This document shows positions 9,421-20,349 of a stretch of 64,000 bases of DNA, in pieces. Made by a program: the position numbers and the translations under genes. Within the stretch, counting starts at the first letter, position 1, and the number at the start of each line of letters is the position of its first letter. The stretch lies in assembly GCA_963744715.1 (NCBI GenBank), contig CAVUUR010000006.1, positions 160,001 to 224,000 of the forward strand, written 5' to 3'. The notes beneath the pieces were generated by a model that made no database searches, had not been told where the DNA came from, and saw only the letters and a program-made list of their open reading frames with translations. Origin of the DNA: an uncultured bacterium. Lineage in GTDB: Bacteria > Babelota > Babeliae > Babelales > JACPOV01.

Positions 9421-10422
9421 TTATTCCCAATCGAGGGATGACGCTGATTGATATTCGGTAACGCGTGTTTCAAAAAAGTTCTTTTCTTTATTCAAATCAG
9501 TTGTTTGTGACATCCATGGCAATGGATTTTCTTTATAATATAATTTTGGTAACCCAATACGTTCGAGTCTGCGATCTGCTATATATTCAACATAATCACT
9601 AAAATGTTGCGCATTGATACCGAGTAATCCTTCTGGACAAGCATCATGAGCATATTTTTGTTCCAGAATAACTGCTTTTTTAATTAAACTAACAACCTCG
9701 GCCTGGAATGCTGGTGTCCAAATTTCTGGATTTTCAACTTTAATAGTATTGATCAAATCACAACCGAACGCTAAATGAATACTTTCATCGCGCATAATAT
9801 ATTCGAATTGTTCACCAATACCTATCATCTTATTTTGTCGCTTTAACGCAAGTATCATAGCAAAACCGGCATAAAAGAAGATGCCTTCCATGATAACGTA
9901 ATAACCAATAAGATCATGCACAAAAGATTGTATATTTTTTGTACCTTCCGTGGTAAATGAAGGATCGAAAATTGATTTAGTCAGTTCAATCACGAATGAG
10001 TCTTTTTGTGCGATAGAAGGAATCGTATTATACATATTGTATATTTCATCCGGATCAAGCCCTAAGCTATCGCAACAATAAATAAAGGTATCGGTATGAA
10101 TTGCCTCTTCAAAGGCTTGACGCAGTATATATTGCCGACATTCTGGATTGGTAACGTGACGATACACCGCCAACACAATATTATTAGCCGTTAATGATTC
10201 TGCCGTAGAAAAAAAACCTAAATTCCACAAAATAAGTCTTCGCTCACGCTCACTCAATGCCGTAGGAGATCGCCATTGCTCAACATCTTGTTGCATTGAA
10301 ATTTCTTCAGGTGACCAATTGTTGGCAATACCATCTTTATAATGTTTGCGCGCCCAGTTATAGGTCATGGGCAAAATTTTGTTCGGATCAGTTTTTGAAT
10401 TATTAATTATTTTTTTTACCAT
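9421..10422 (-). CDS. nrdB: Ribonucleotide reductase small subunit, class Ic (Mn/Fe) type
   Basis: GFFSTAESL, EEAIHTDTF, MEGIFFY, RDESIH, NFFETRVTEY. Glu as first metal ligand and Phe at the radical-Tyr position. Confidence 0.95.
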   Translation of the reverse strand: MVKKIINNSKTDPNKILPMTYNWARKHYKDGIANNWSPEEISMQQDVEQWRSPTALSERERRLILWNLGFFSTAESLTANNIVLAVYRHVTNPECRQYILRQAFEEAIHTDTFIYCCDSLGLDPDEIYNMYNTIPSIAQKDSFVIELTKSIFDPSFTTEGTKNIQSFVHDLIGYYVIMEGIFFYAGFAMILALKRQNKMIGIGEQFEYIMRDESIHLAFGCDLINTIKVENPEIWTPAFQAEVVSLIKKAVILEQKYAHDACPEGLLGINAQHFSDYVEYIADRRLERIGLPKLYYKENPLPWMSQTTDLNKEKNFFETRVTEYQSASSLDWE

Positions 10423-10452
10423 AATAATCTCCTGTATAAATTACTATTTTTT

Positions 10453-12975
10453 TTACTGACATGATTCACATTCTGTATCAAACGGATTGCATGATGCACC
10501 AAAACTCGGTGATGGCGCTTCCGGACTTTCAATAACCGTGTCACTTTGATTTAAAACAGTATATTCACGTTTTTGAGTAAAGCCATATTTACCTGCATCA
10601 AGGGTTGCTTTTTCAATTTGCGTTGCACCTAACGTTCTTAAATAATAGGATGTTTTAAGGCCAGATTTCCAAATGTACATATAAATTTCATCTAGTTTTT
10701 TACCCGAAACGCCCTGCATAAAAACATTATACGATTGACTTTGATCAATCCATTTGCCACGCGCCGCTGCTATTTTAATTAACCACAATGGATCGAGTTC
10801 AAAAGCCGTTCTATATTTTTGTTTAATAGGTTCTGGTATAGAAGCAATCAAACTCAAATCTCCATCATAATATTTTAATTGCTCCAACATAGTTGGATTC
10901 CACAAATTGAGTTTTTTTAAATCGTCAACCAGATAACGATTGATAATAGTAAATTCACCCGAAATGTTTGATTTCACATAAATATTTTTATATATCGCCT
11001 CGATACTTGGATAACAACCAGCAATATTGGCAATCGTTGCCGTAGGCGCAATAGCCATAATATTAGAATTTCTAATTCCCCATACCTTCACATATTCACG
11101 AACTGGTTTCCAATCCAATACTGATCTACGTGAAACATCAATTGGCATACCACGTTCTTTTGCTAACAAATCAATCGTATCAAGAGGGAAAATCCCACGA
11201 TCCCATTTTGAACCTTTATACGTTGAATACGCACCGCGCTCCTGCGCTAATTGTGATGACGCTAAAATGGCATGGTATGCAACAAACTCACCAAGGTAAT
11301 CTGCAAATTCCAGTGCGGCAGGTGATGCAAATGAAATATTTAATTTAAATAAAGCATCTTGAAAACCCATTACACCCAAACCGATAGGGCGGTGCCGAAT
11401 ATTTGAATTTTTTGCCTCAATAGTTGGATAAAAATTAAGGTCGATGACATTATCCAACATGCGCACGGCAGTCTTTATCGTTTCTGCCAACATCGCTTCA
11501 TTGAGAACACCGTTATCAGTAATATGCTGCGCTAAATTAACCGACCCTAGATTACATACTGCTGTTTCGTCAGCTGATGTGTTAAGCGTAATTTCGGTGC
11601 ACAAATTAGAACTGTGTACAACCCCAACATGATCTTGTGGTGAACGAATATTGCAAGGATCTTTAAAGGTTATCCATGGATGACCAGTTTCAAATAAGCG
11701 ACTCAACATTTTGCGCCATAATTTTTGCGCAGAAACTTTTTTGAATAAGGTAATTTCGCCGCGCACTACTTTTTGTTCATATTCAGTATATTTTTTTTCA
11801 AAAGCTTGCCCATACAAATCATGAAGATCTGGCACTTCTTCGGGAGAGAATAAGGTCCAATCACCATCGGCAAGCACCCGTTTCATAAATAAATCAGGTA
11901 TCCAATGTGCCGTATTCATATCATGAGTTCGCCGACGTTCATCACCCGTATTACGGCGCAAATCCAAAAAATCTTCAACATCAATATGCCACGTTTCTAA
12001 ATAAGCAGCAGTGCCGCCACGTCGAATGCCACTGCGGGTGATAGCAACAACCACATCATTAACAATTTTTAAATAAGGAATAACACCCTGACTTGTTGCA
12101 TGAATACTTTTTATAAATGCACCGGTGCCACGAATATTAGTCCAATCATTACCAATACCACCAGCCCATTTTGAAAGTTGCGCATTATCGCCAATACATT
12201 TAAAAATATGGCCAAGATCGTCGTTAACCGTTGATAAATAACAAGAACTTAATTGTGCAATTTTATAGCCTGAGTGAAATAAGGTAGGCGTTGAAGAAAT
12301 ATAACGCAACATTGAAAATTTTTCATAAAACTCCAGTGTACGTTCTTCGCGATTCGCCTCATTAAGTGCCAAACCCATAGCAATGCGCATCCAAAACGAT
12401 TGGGGTAGCTCGCATTTTTTTTTGTTTATTTTAAAAAAATAACGTTCGCAGAGCGTTTGAAGCCCTTGATAATTAAAAAGATTATCACGATCTATAACTA
12501 TATTGCGCGCTAAGAAATCTAAATCAAATTCACGCAGACGGGCATCTAATACTCCATGTTCTATTCCGCGATGGATGCCTTCAATGAAGGAAGCTTGATA
12601 GGTATTCTGTAGATGCATTTCTCTACTTGATTGACCAAATATTTCCTTGTATGTTTTTTGTAGCAATAAATTAACCGCGATTTTATCGTACGCAGGATCT
12701 TGTTCAATAAAAACAACCGTTGAAAAAATAATTGCTGATTCGATTTCTTTAGTTGTAACATTGTCGTAAATGTTTCTTACTGTTTCTGCTACAATTGCAT
12801 CGATGGCTACCGTTTCATTGCAATTTTTTGCAGCGCGAGTAATAGAATTACGAATTTTATTAATATCCAAAAGCACACTTGTGCCATTCCGTTTAATTAC
12901 CCGTAATGTTCGTAATGCCGGCTCATCTAAAATACCTAAAGTCGTTCGCACATAGGTGCTATTATGAACTTCCAT
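10453..12975 (-). CDS. nrdA: Ribonucleotide reductase large subunit with N-terminal ATP-cone
   Basis: VIKRNG ATP cone, STPTLF, QLSSCY, SNLCTEI, VCNLGS, APTATI, KTSYYLR and C-terminal CESCQ. Confidence 0.97.
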   Translation of the reverse strand: MEVHNSTYVRTTLGILDEPALRTLRVIKRNGTSVLLDINKIRNSITRAAKNCNETVAIDAIVAETVRNIYDNVTTKEIESAIIFSTVVFIEQDPAYDKIAVNLLLQKTYKEIFGQSSREMHLQNTYQASFIEGIHRGIEHGVLDARLREFDLDFLARNIVIDRDNLFNYQGLQTLCERYFFKINKKKCELPQSFWMRIAMGLALNEANREERTLEFYEKFSMLRYISSTPTLFHSGYKIAQLSSCYLSTVNDDLGHIFKCIGDNAQLSKWAGGIGNDWTNIRGTGAFIKSIHATSQGVIPYLKIVNDVVVAITRSGIRRGGTAAYLETWHIDVEDFLDLRRNTGDERRRTHDMNTAHWIPDLFMKRVLADGDWTLFSPEEVPDLHDLYGQAFEKKYTEYEQKVVRGEITLFKKVSAQKLWRKMLSRLFETGHPWITFKDPCNIRSPQDHVGVVHSSNLCTEITLNTSADETAVCNLGSVNLAQHITDNGVLNEAMLAETIKTAVRMLDNVIDLNFYPTIEAKNSNIRHRPIGLGVMGFQDALFKLNISFASPAALEFADYLGEFVAYHAILASSQLAQERGAYSTYKGSKWDRGIFPLDTIDLLAKERGMPIDVSRRSVLDWKPVREYVKVWGIRNSNIMAIAPTATIANIAGCYPSIEAIYKNIYVKSNISGEFTIINRYLVDDLKKLNLWNPTMLEQLKYYDGDLSLIASIPEPIKQKYRTAFELDPLWLIKIAAARGKWIDQSQSYNVFMQGVSGKKLDEIYMYIWKSGLKTSYYLRTLGATQIEKATLDAGKYGFTQKREYTVLNQSDTVIESPEAPSPSFGASCNPFDTECESCQ

Positions 12976-13481
12976 GTACTTCCTTCCATATGCTGATTAG
13001 TTATATCAAGGTTAAAAAAAATTAATAAAGCAACCCACATGCTAATGTTACATAACTTAACAATGTGCTGTTTTCTTAATTCATAATCAATACTCCCTTT
13101 TTTTATCGTGCTTACATTACTACGTGCCCACACGAAAACTTATTAATATTGGTTCAACTGCACAAAGACATCCCTCAACACAATCCCCCCTGTAGTTCAT
13201 GCTAAAATAAAAATTTTTTCAAATGGAATATTCCAAATAAGATCTTCTTACGATACTTTATCATGTTAATAACCTAGAAGCAAACGAAAAATTATCGTTT
13301 TTTTTTAGAAAATATATTCTTAATTTTTTATGAATAAAACATTTAGTATAATCTCAAATAGAATGATTTTTTAAATAAATTTACGTAACAGCTCTTGACC
13401 ATTACTAACCAAGGCAGGTAAGCTTACTTTCCGAGGGCAGTGTGCTTACCGCAATATTTTTTTTTAAGGAGATTTATTTAT

Positions 13482-14429
13482 ATGAATTATACACAACGTT
13501 ATATAAACACAAGTTTACTGGTACTTATCACTTCTCTAGCAACATTGCATGCAGAAGTTCATAAAGTACAAACAATGGCTGAATATAATAGTTTACTCGC
13601 GCAAGGGAAACCAGTTTTTATTGATGTATCAACGAGCTGGTGTGGACCGTGCAAACAATTTAAACCAACCTTTGAAAAACTTTCTGATGAATATCCGGAT
13701 GTTATTTTTATTGAACTGGATGGTGATAATGGAGCCACCAAATCGGCTCATAACGCTTCAAGTTATCCAACCTTTATTTTTCTTGATAGCAAAGGTAATC
13801 AGGTAGATCGTTTTTCTGGTGCACTGTTAGAAAAAATACGTAAAAATCTTAATAAAATTTCTGGCAAAGCTGCATGTCCTACACCAGCACCTGCGCAAAA
13901 AGCACCACCTCCCGTGTATAAAAAACCGATGGAAACTGCCAAACCTAAACACGTTGATTCTGCCGTTGCAGCACCGGTAGTAGTACCTATGGAATCTTCA
14001 AAAGAAGGTCGCATGAAAAAAGAAACTCAGAAAAAAGAATCACGCATGAAAAAAGAAAAGGCGCCAAAAAAAAAAGATCTAATACGAGTAACGTCAGCAG
14101 AACAGTTTACGAAGGTAGTAATTGAGAGTAACAAAAAAACGGTAATCCATTTCAAAGCACCCAACTGCCCTCAATGCGATGATCTCGGATTAGCACTTGC
14201 GCACCTAGCTCAAGATGAACAATATGAATCATTACAATTTATAACTATAGAAACTGATAATAAAAATCTTAAGAATATTATTGGCCAACCCGGTCTTCTT
14301 GCATTGCCGTCATACACCTGGTTATTTAAAGGCATGAGTGAACTAAAAGGAATCACATCAGAAGATATGTTACTGATGCATGTAAAAACAAAATTAATGG
14401 AAGCGTATAATATTTCAATGACTATGTAA
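13482..14429 (+). CDS. Exported thioredoxin-family protein with two Trx-like domains
   Basis: Signal peptide ending LHA, WCGPC, Pro/Lys-rich linker, second domain with CPQC. AAGGAG RBS. Confidence 0.85.
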   Translation: MNYTQRYINTSLLVLITSLATLHAEVHKVQTMAEYNSLLAQGKPVFIDVSTSWCGPCKQFKPTFEKLSDEYPDVIFIELDGDNGATKSAHNASSYPTFIFLDSKGNQVDRFSGALLEKIRKNLNKISGKAACPTPAPAQKAPPPVYKKPMETAKPKHVDSAVAAPVVVPMESSKEGRMKKETQKKESRMKKEKAPKKKDLIRVTSAEQFTKVVIESNKKTVIHFKAPNCPQCDDLGLALAHLAQDEQYESLQFITIETDNKNLKNIIGQPGLLALPSYTWLFKGMSELKGITSEDMLLMHVKTKLMEAYNISMTM

Positions 14430-14454
14430 TAAACAAAAAGAATCGTTATACAAT

Positions 14455-14486
14455 AAAAAAGGCCTGGGTTTTGACCAGGCCTTTTT
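14455..14486. terminator. Bidirectional intrinsic terminator
   Basis: aaaaaaggcctgg-gttttga-ccaggccttttt between convergent genes. Confidence 0.85.
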
Positions 14487-14504
14487 CTTTTACATAAAAA
14501 GAAT

Positions 14505-16481
14505 TTATCGTGCTACTAATAATAAGGCAATAATCGACATTAATTTAATCAAAATATTCAACGCAGGGCCTGATGTATCCTTAAATGGATCGCCAACCGT
14601 ATCACCAATAACGGCAGCTTTATGTGCATCAGATCCTTTGCCACCCATATGACCGGCTTCAATATATTTTTTAGCATTATCCCATGCGCCACCACCATTA
14701 CACATCATTAATGAAAGAAGCACACCAACAACCGTTGCGCCAACTAACAATCCGCCAACTGCTGCTTTGCCCAAAAAGTAATTAATAATGAGTGGTACCA
14801 TAAGAATAATAATACCAGGTAATAACATTTCGCGTAACGATGCTTGAGTACTAATTGCAATGCATCGTTTATAATCAGGTTCGGCAGTCCCTGCCATTAA
14901 CCCAGGAATTTCTTTAAATTGTCTACGCACTTCCATCACCATTTGCAATGCAGCTTTACCTACTGAACGCATGGTCAAAGCTGAAATAAAAAATGGTAAC
15001 ATGCCACCAATAAAAACACCGGCTAATACAAAAGGATCAAGAATATCCAACACATCAAGACCAGCTAATTGGGCATATGCAGAAAATAACGCAAGTGCCG
15101 TTAATAATGCTGAGCCTACTGCAAATCCTTTACCCATAGCAGCCGTAGTATTACCTAACGCATCTAATCTATCGGTAATCGCGCGTACTTCAGGACCAAA
15201 TCCTGACATTTCTGCAATACCGCCAGCATTATCTGCTATTGGCCCGTAAGCATCAACGGTCATTGAAATACCTACCGTTGAAAGCATCGCGAGCGCTGCT
15301 ATAGAAACACCAAAAAGTCCACCACCAAAAAAGAATGAACATAATACTACAAGCACTAAAACAAGGACCGGCAATACGGTTGATTCCATACCAACTGATA
15401 ATCCGTAAATAATATTAGTTGCTGCGCCTGAACGAGAAATATCCGCTAATTTTTTAATAGGGGATCCACCCGTATAATATTCCGTAATGGAGCCAATAAG
15501 GATACCGGAAAAACAACCCAAGACAATGGAACCCAATAAATACATATCAAGGTGCGAATAATGTAAGTAACCAGCCATTGATACAATAAAAACAGCAACG
15601 GCTATGTAATTTGCGTTGCGCAACATTGCCGCGGGATGCAAATTTAGAAAAGCATTAGATATCAATCCAAATGCAGAACTTATTAATCCGAATGCCGCCA
15701 TTATAAAAGGGAATGTATAATAATCAAGGGAATTATATTCCATCGAAGTTGTTGCCAACATCACGGCAGAAATCATTGCACCGACGTATGATTCATAAAT
15801 ATCGGCACCCATGCCCGCAGTGTCTCCAACACAATCACCAACGTTATCTGCAATAACTGCAGGATTACGTGGATCATCTTCAGGAATTCCTGCCTCAACT
15901 TTACCTACTAAATCAGCACCCACATCGGCCGATTTGGTATAAATACCACCGCCAACGCGAGCAAAAAAAGCTACTAAACTGGCTCCGAAACCGAAGCTAG
16001 TAATGAGCTCAATCATATTGCTACGATCAGCAAAAAGATAAAAGACGGTACCGAGTCCGATCAGACCAAAACTTGCTACTGAAAATCCCATCACACCACC
16101 ACCAAAAAATGCTATCGAAAAAGCTTGTCGCTCACCTTCATTTTTTGCAGCCATAGTAGTACGAACATTCGCAATGGTTGCTGCGCGCATGCCGATAAGA
16201 CCGGTTGATAAGGAGAATAATGCACCACCAATAAAAATCATAGCCGCTAATGGAGAGGTATAAATACTCATAAAGAATGCAACAACAATTGCAACAAGAG
16301 CAATAATTTTATATTCCTCTTTTAAGAAGGTCATTGCGCCATCACTAATAGCTTTGGCTATTTGATTAGCTTTTTTATCATCAACCGGCAATGCCAGAAT
16401 AAGACGAAATAAAAATACGACAATTCCTAATCCAAATAACCCCGTCAGCAGCATAATACTGTAATATGTAGTGAGCTCCAT
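14505..16481 (-). CDS. hppA: Membrane-integral pyrophosphatase, K+-dependent, probably Na+-translocating
   Basis: GGGIYTKSADVGADLVGKVEAGIPEDDPRNPAVIADNVGD, DAYGPIADNAGG, GNTTAA, GDTVGDPFKD. Start MELTT at 16481. Confidence 0.95.
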   Translation of the reverse strand: MELTTYYSIMLLTGLFGLGIVVFLFRLILALPVDDKKANQIAKAISDGAMTFLKEEYKIIALVAIVVAFFMSIYTSPLAAMIFIGGALFSLSTGLIGMRAATIANVRTTMAAKNEGERQAFSIAFFGGGVMGFSVASFGLIGLGTVFYLFADRSNMIELITSFGFGASLVAFFARVGGGIYTKSADVGADLVGKVEAGIPEDDPRNPAVIADNVGDCVGDTAGMGADIYESYVGAMISAVMLATTSMEYNSLDYYTFPFIMAAFGLISSAFGLISNAFLNLHPAAMLRNANYIAVAVFIVSMAGYLHYSHLDMYLLGSIVLGCFSGILIGSITEYYTGGSPIKKLADISRSGAATNIIYGLSVGMESTVLPVLVLVLVVLCSFFFGGGLFGVSIAALAMLSTVGISMTVDAYGPIADNAGGIAEMSGFGPEVRAITDRLDALGNTTAAMGKGFAVGSALLTALALFSAYAQLAGLDVLDILDPFVLAGVFIGGMLPFFISALTMRSVGKAALQMVMEVRRQFKEIPGLMAGTAEPDYKRCIAISTQASLREMLLPGIIILMVPLIINYFLGKAAVGGLLVGATVVGVLLSLMMCNGGGAWDNAKKYIEAGHMGGKGSDAHKAAVIGDTVGDPFKDTSGPALNILIKLMSIIALLLVAR

Positions 16482-16755
16482 AAAAAAATTCCTTAACCTG
16501 TTTATAAGAACATTATTACCAAATTTATATTTATGGTAATTGCAAATAATTGCTTTGTAAAGCTCTATGCAGTTTATTTGTGATTTTAAGTATGCAGTTT
16601 CAGCATGAATTGTTATAGATAGAGTACTGCTTTTGCAAAAAAAATTCATATCTTGATTTAAGATATTGCATTATTAATCCATGTTTTACTATTTTATATT
16701 TATATTTATGGGTAATGTGGGTAGATAAAAAACTAACCATATGCAGGGAATAACT

Positions 16756-18354
16756 ATGAAAAAGTATTTTTTATTGTTCTTTATGGCATCGCCTTTGCGT
16801 GCTGATTTTAAAGATATAGAAGAATCATTACAATCTCTGGCTACTACGTTAGATACCATGCAAAATCTATTACAAAAAATGCCAACTGAACAACAGCCCC
16901 AACAACCGATTGAGCAACTAAAAACTCCGGTATTGACCATCAATTTTTCCTATGCAACGTTCAATGAGTGGTATACTGATTGCATGAAATTACCTTATTA
17001 CCGAGAAATGGGGACTGATTATTCACGCCAGCCGCCCAGACTTAGCGCAAATGAAGTAGATAGGGTTTTGAAAGGATTTACATCAACATTACGCGATAGT
17101 CCTTTAATCAAAAAAGAGCATTGGGTAGATCAAAAAGCAACTCCCGATGTTTCTTTTTTTGACCTTTCTGTGGAACTATTTAAACCGTATGTGCAAAAAT
17201 TAGTTGTTCCTAGTGACAGTGAAACGGCATTCCATGGAGATCTTCATGGCGATATTCATTCATTGTGTAAGTATCTAAAAGAATTGAGTAAAAAAGGATA
17301 TCTTGACACTAAAGATCCATTTAAGATTATCAAAAAAAATTTTTATATGATTTTTTTAGGTGATTATGTTGACCGTGGCAACTATGGCCTTGAAGTTATT
17401 TACACCATTTTACGATTAAAAATAGCAAATCCCGATAAGGTGTTTATGGTTCGGGGGAATCATGAAGATAAATCCATAAACATTGATTATGGATTTGCCG
17501 AAGAACTTGATACAAAATTACCACACAATAAAATATTACATGATCATATTTATGGTCTATACAATTTACTTCCTGTTGCATTGTATTATGGGTCTGGAAA
17601 TCCGACTTCATTAACTTTTTTCCAATGTTGCCACGGCGGCATGGAGCTTGGCTACTTACCGGAACAATTATTAGCCACTAAAGAATTAATTACATTTCAA
17701 TGGTTAGGAACGTTAAACAGACCCGAAAATTTAAAAACGATTCTTGAAAACAAGTATAGGAAACTTGCCAACCAACAAAAAAATGTAAATTCTGTAGTAA
17801 CAGGGTTTATTCAACAAACAGTTCCGCGACAAATTCAACAATTAAAAGATTATACTACTGCAGATATTGGTTTTATGTGGAATGATTTTGTAATTCAACC
17901 AAATACTTATATTCATGCAAGCTCTCGAGGAAACATGATAGCCGAATATGGAGAACGCCTCACTTCCCTCATCCTCGAAGGCAGCATTAGCGAAAAATAT
18001 AATCATACCGTTAAAGGTGTTTTTAGAGCACATCAACATAGTAACGAATTCACTAACCCATATGGCGAAAAAACTATGATGAGCGTTATTTTAGATGATA
18101 CGTATCCTAACAGCTTGGGGGTAGGAAAATTATGGAGAACAACAAAACGTTCCCAAAATCCTGCTACGCAATTATGGGATAATATAGTATGCACCTTTAA
18201 TGTTTCTCCAGACACTGCCTATAGTAGGCCTAGGGGAACGTATCCTGGCTTTGATTTCGATACGTATGCTATGGTAAAAACAGGAAATAAGTATCCGGAT
18301 GATTGGAACTTTGATGTACATCGAAAAACCATATTACCAGCATTATTAAAATAA
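16756..18354 (+). CDS. Secreted PPP-family Ser/Thr protein phosphatase (metallophosphoesterase)
   Basis: GDLHG, GDYVDRG, RGNHE, HGG and RAHQ motifs. Signal peptide MKKYFLLFFMASPLRA. Confidence 0.9.
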   Translation: MKKYFLLFFMASPLRADFKDIEESLQSLATTLDTMQNLLQKMPTEQQPQQPIEQLKTPVLTINFSYATFNEWYTDCMKLPYYREMGTDYSRQPPRLSANEVDRVLKGFTSTLRDSPLIKKEHWVDQKATPDVSFFDLSVELFKPYVQKLVVPSDSETAFHGDLHGDIHSLCKYLKELSKKGYLDTKDPFKIIKKNFYMIFLGDYVDRGNYGLEVIYTILRLKIANPDKVFMVRGNHEDKSINIDYGFAEELDTKLPHNKILHDHIYGLYNLLPVALYYGSGNPTSLTFFQCCHGGMELGYLPEQLLATKELITFQWLGTLNRPENLKTILENKYRKLANQQKNVNSVVTGFIQQTVPRQIQQLKDYTTADIGFMWNDFVIQPNTYIHASSRGNMIAEYGERLTSLILEGSISEKYNHTVKGVFRAHQHSNEFTNPYGEKTMMSVILDDTYPNSLGVGKLWRTTKRSQNPATQLWDNIVCTFNVSPDTAYSRPRGTYPGFDFDTYAMVKTGNKYPDDWNFDVHRKTILPALLK

Positions 18355-18373
18355 CGTTGTTATTATAAGAATG

Positions 18374-19806
18374 TTATGCAAGTTCCATAATAATTTTTGC
18401 TTCACTAAAGTAGGTTTTTGTACCTTTTGTCAGCTGATATTCATCATGCCCTTTACCTAATAAGGCAATAATGGAACCAGCTTGCGAACACGCGTATGCT
18501 TTTTTGATTGCCTGTTCTCTATCCAATTCATATATGATAGTTGCTTTTGTATCTTTTGGAATTCCCTGCAAGATCTCCTGAGCAATAGATTCAGGATTTT
18601 CAGAACGAGGATTATCTGAAGTAATGATAACAATGTCCGCTAATTGAGCGGCAATTGAACCCATGATAGGTCTTTTTATGCGATCACGATCCCCACCTGC
18701 ACCAAAAACAACAATAAGATGTGGTGTTAATGCTCGTAATGTACTAAGAACTGCTCTGTATGAAGAAGGATTGTGTGCATTATCGATAAAACAATATGCA
18801 CCATTATCTAAGGTATATTTATTTAATCGTCCGGGCACTGAAGTAAATGAAATAAATGCCCGCACAACGTCCTTATGAGAAATACCACACTGCAATGCCA
18901 ACGTAGCGGCAGCTAATGCATTATACGCATTAAATATTCCCATTAAGGTAGGAATTTCATAATCATAGGTATGATTATTTTTTGTTATCGATAGTAACAA
19001 TCCATGCAATTGCTTATCAACAACACTACCCCGCACCATCGCTTGCGTATTGGCAAATCCTATACTGATAACATTATCGCCGGAAAGTAATTTTTGACAC
19101 CAACTATCGTCGGCATTAACAATTACCTGTCCTCCCGGTTGTAATTGTTTAAGCAACGTGCATTTTGCATTAAAATAATCATCAATGGTGGGATAAAATT
19201 CAGAATGTTCGAGATCAAAATTAGTAAAAATGGCCCCCGCAAATTCAATCCCCCATGTTCGATAGAGCGAAAAAGCTTGTGCGGCGGTTTCCATAATAAC
19301 ATAATCAATATCAAACATAACGCACTCATTAAAAAAAGCATGTAAATAATCAGGATGCTGCGTGGTCAAATTGGTATGAAAATCATGCCCGAGAATACTA
19401 TTTTTTACACTGCTTAATAATGCTGTTTTAAATCCGGCAGAACGCATAATATGTTCAAGAAGAAAGCAGGTAGTAGTTTTCCCTTTAGTGCCTGTTACGC
19501 CGAAAATGCGCAGTTTTTTTGCTGGAAAATTAAATGCTTGTGCACTTAACTGGGCGAGCGCATGCCGCGCATTATCTACACGCATAAGGTAACGTTATGT
19601 TGTTTGATGGCATATTCTGCATCCTCAGGAATATTAACGCCGTTTTCTATTACAATCGTGCAAGCACCTTTTTGTATAGCCAGTGCAATATAGTTCACCC
19701 CATCAGTTTGCATTCCTTTAATAGCAACAAAGGTCGACCCCTTGCTAAGGTAATCGGTATGACAGGTAACGGGGAAATATGGTGGTAACGATGGAATATT
19801 TTTCAT
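18374..19806 (-). CDS. murE: UDP-MurNAc-tripeptide synthetase MurE, one frameshift near 19585
   Basis: N-domain FVAIKG..DG in ORF 19576-19806. GVTGTKGKTTT, VPGR, DNAHNP, GAGGDRD, DNPR and GKGHDEYQ in ORF 18374-19585. Confidence 0.9.
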
Positions 19807-19933
19807 GTGGATAATTTGTTATTTAGATATAACCTTACGATTAAAACTGAGTGAACGTACAAAAATAATGCTTTTAAGTATATTAAAAAAAATAGTATGT
19901 TGAAATAAGATAAAAAAATTATAGGAAGAAACT

Positions 19934-20349
19934 ATGAAATTATTGGCTCTCGATCTTGGTGATCAATGGACGGGATCAGCGCTTTCAGATTCATTACAGA
20001 TGTTTGCAAAACCGTATAAAACAATAGCAACTTCCTCAGCTTTAATGAATTTTTATCGACTACTATTGCTACTGAAAAAATTAGCACCATTGTTGTTGGA
20101 CTCCCTATAACGTTAAAAGGAAAGGAAAGTGCACAAACAAAAAAAGTAATCAGCACAAAGCAACATTTAGAACAATGTTTTCCTACTATCACCTGGGTTT
20201 TATGGGATGAACGCTTGACCAGTCACTATGCTCAACAGTTAAAAAAGGCCGTAACAAAAGAAGAAAAACTGCTCACGCATTCACGAGCAGCGGCTTTTAT
20301 TTTACAAACGTACCTCGATTATCTTAATTTAAAAAAAAAGGCTTTATAA
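19934..20349 (+). CDS. ruvX: YqgF/RuvX RNase H-fold nuclease (pre-16S rRNA maturation), one frameshift near 20035; absent from the ORF track
   Basis: Manual translation: [19 protein letters not shown]... then, in a shifted frame, [11 protein letters not shown]...WDERLTS...[11 protein letters not shown]. Confidence 0.88.

Noticed and set aside
12976..13440. NrdR boxes or a riboswitch upstream of nrdA
   Set aside because: No convincing match to the NrdR palindrome or to cobalamin riboswitch conserved blocks.
19932..20192. 86-aa minus-strand ORF
   Set aside because: Antisense shadow of the frameshifted ruvX gene.
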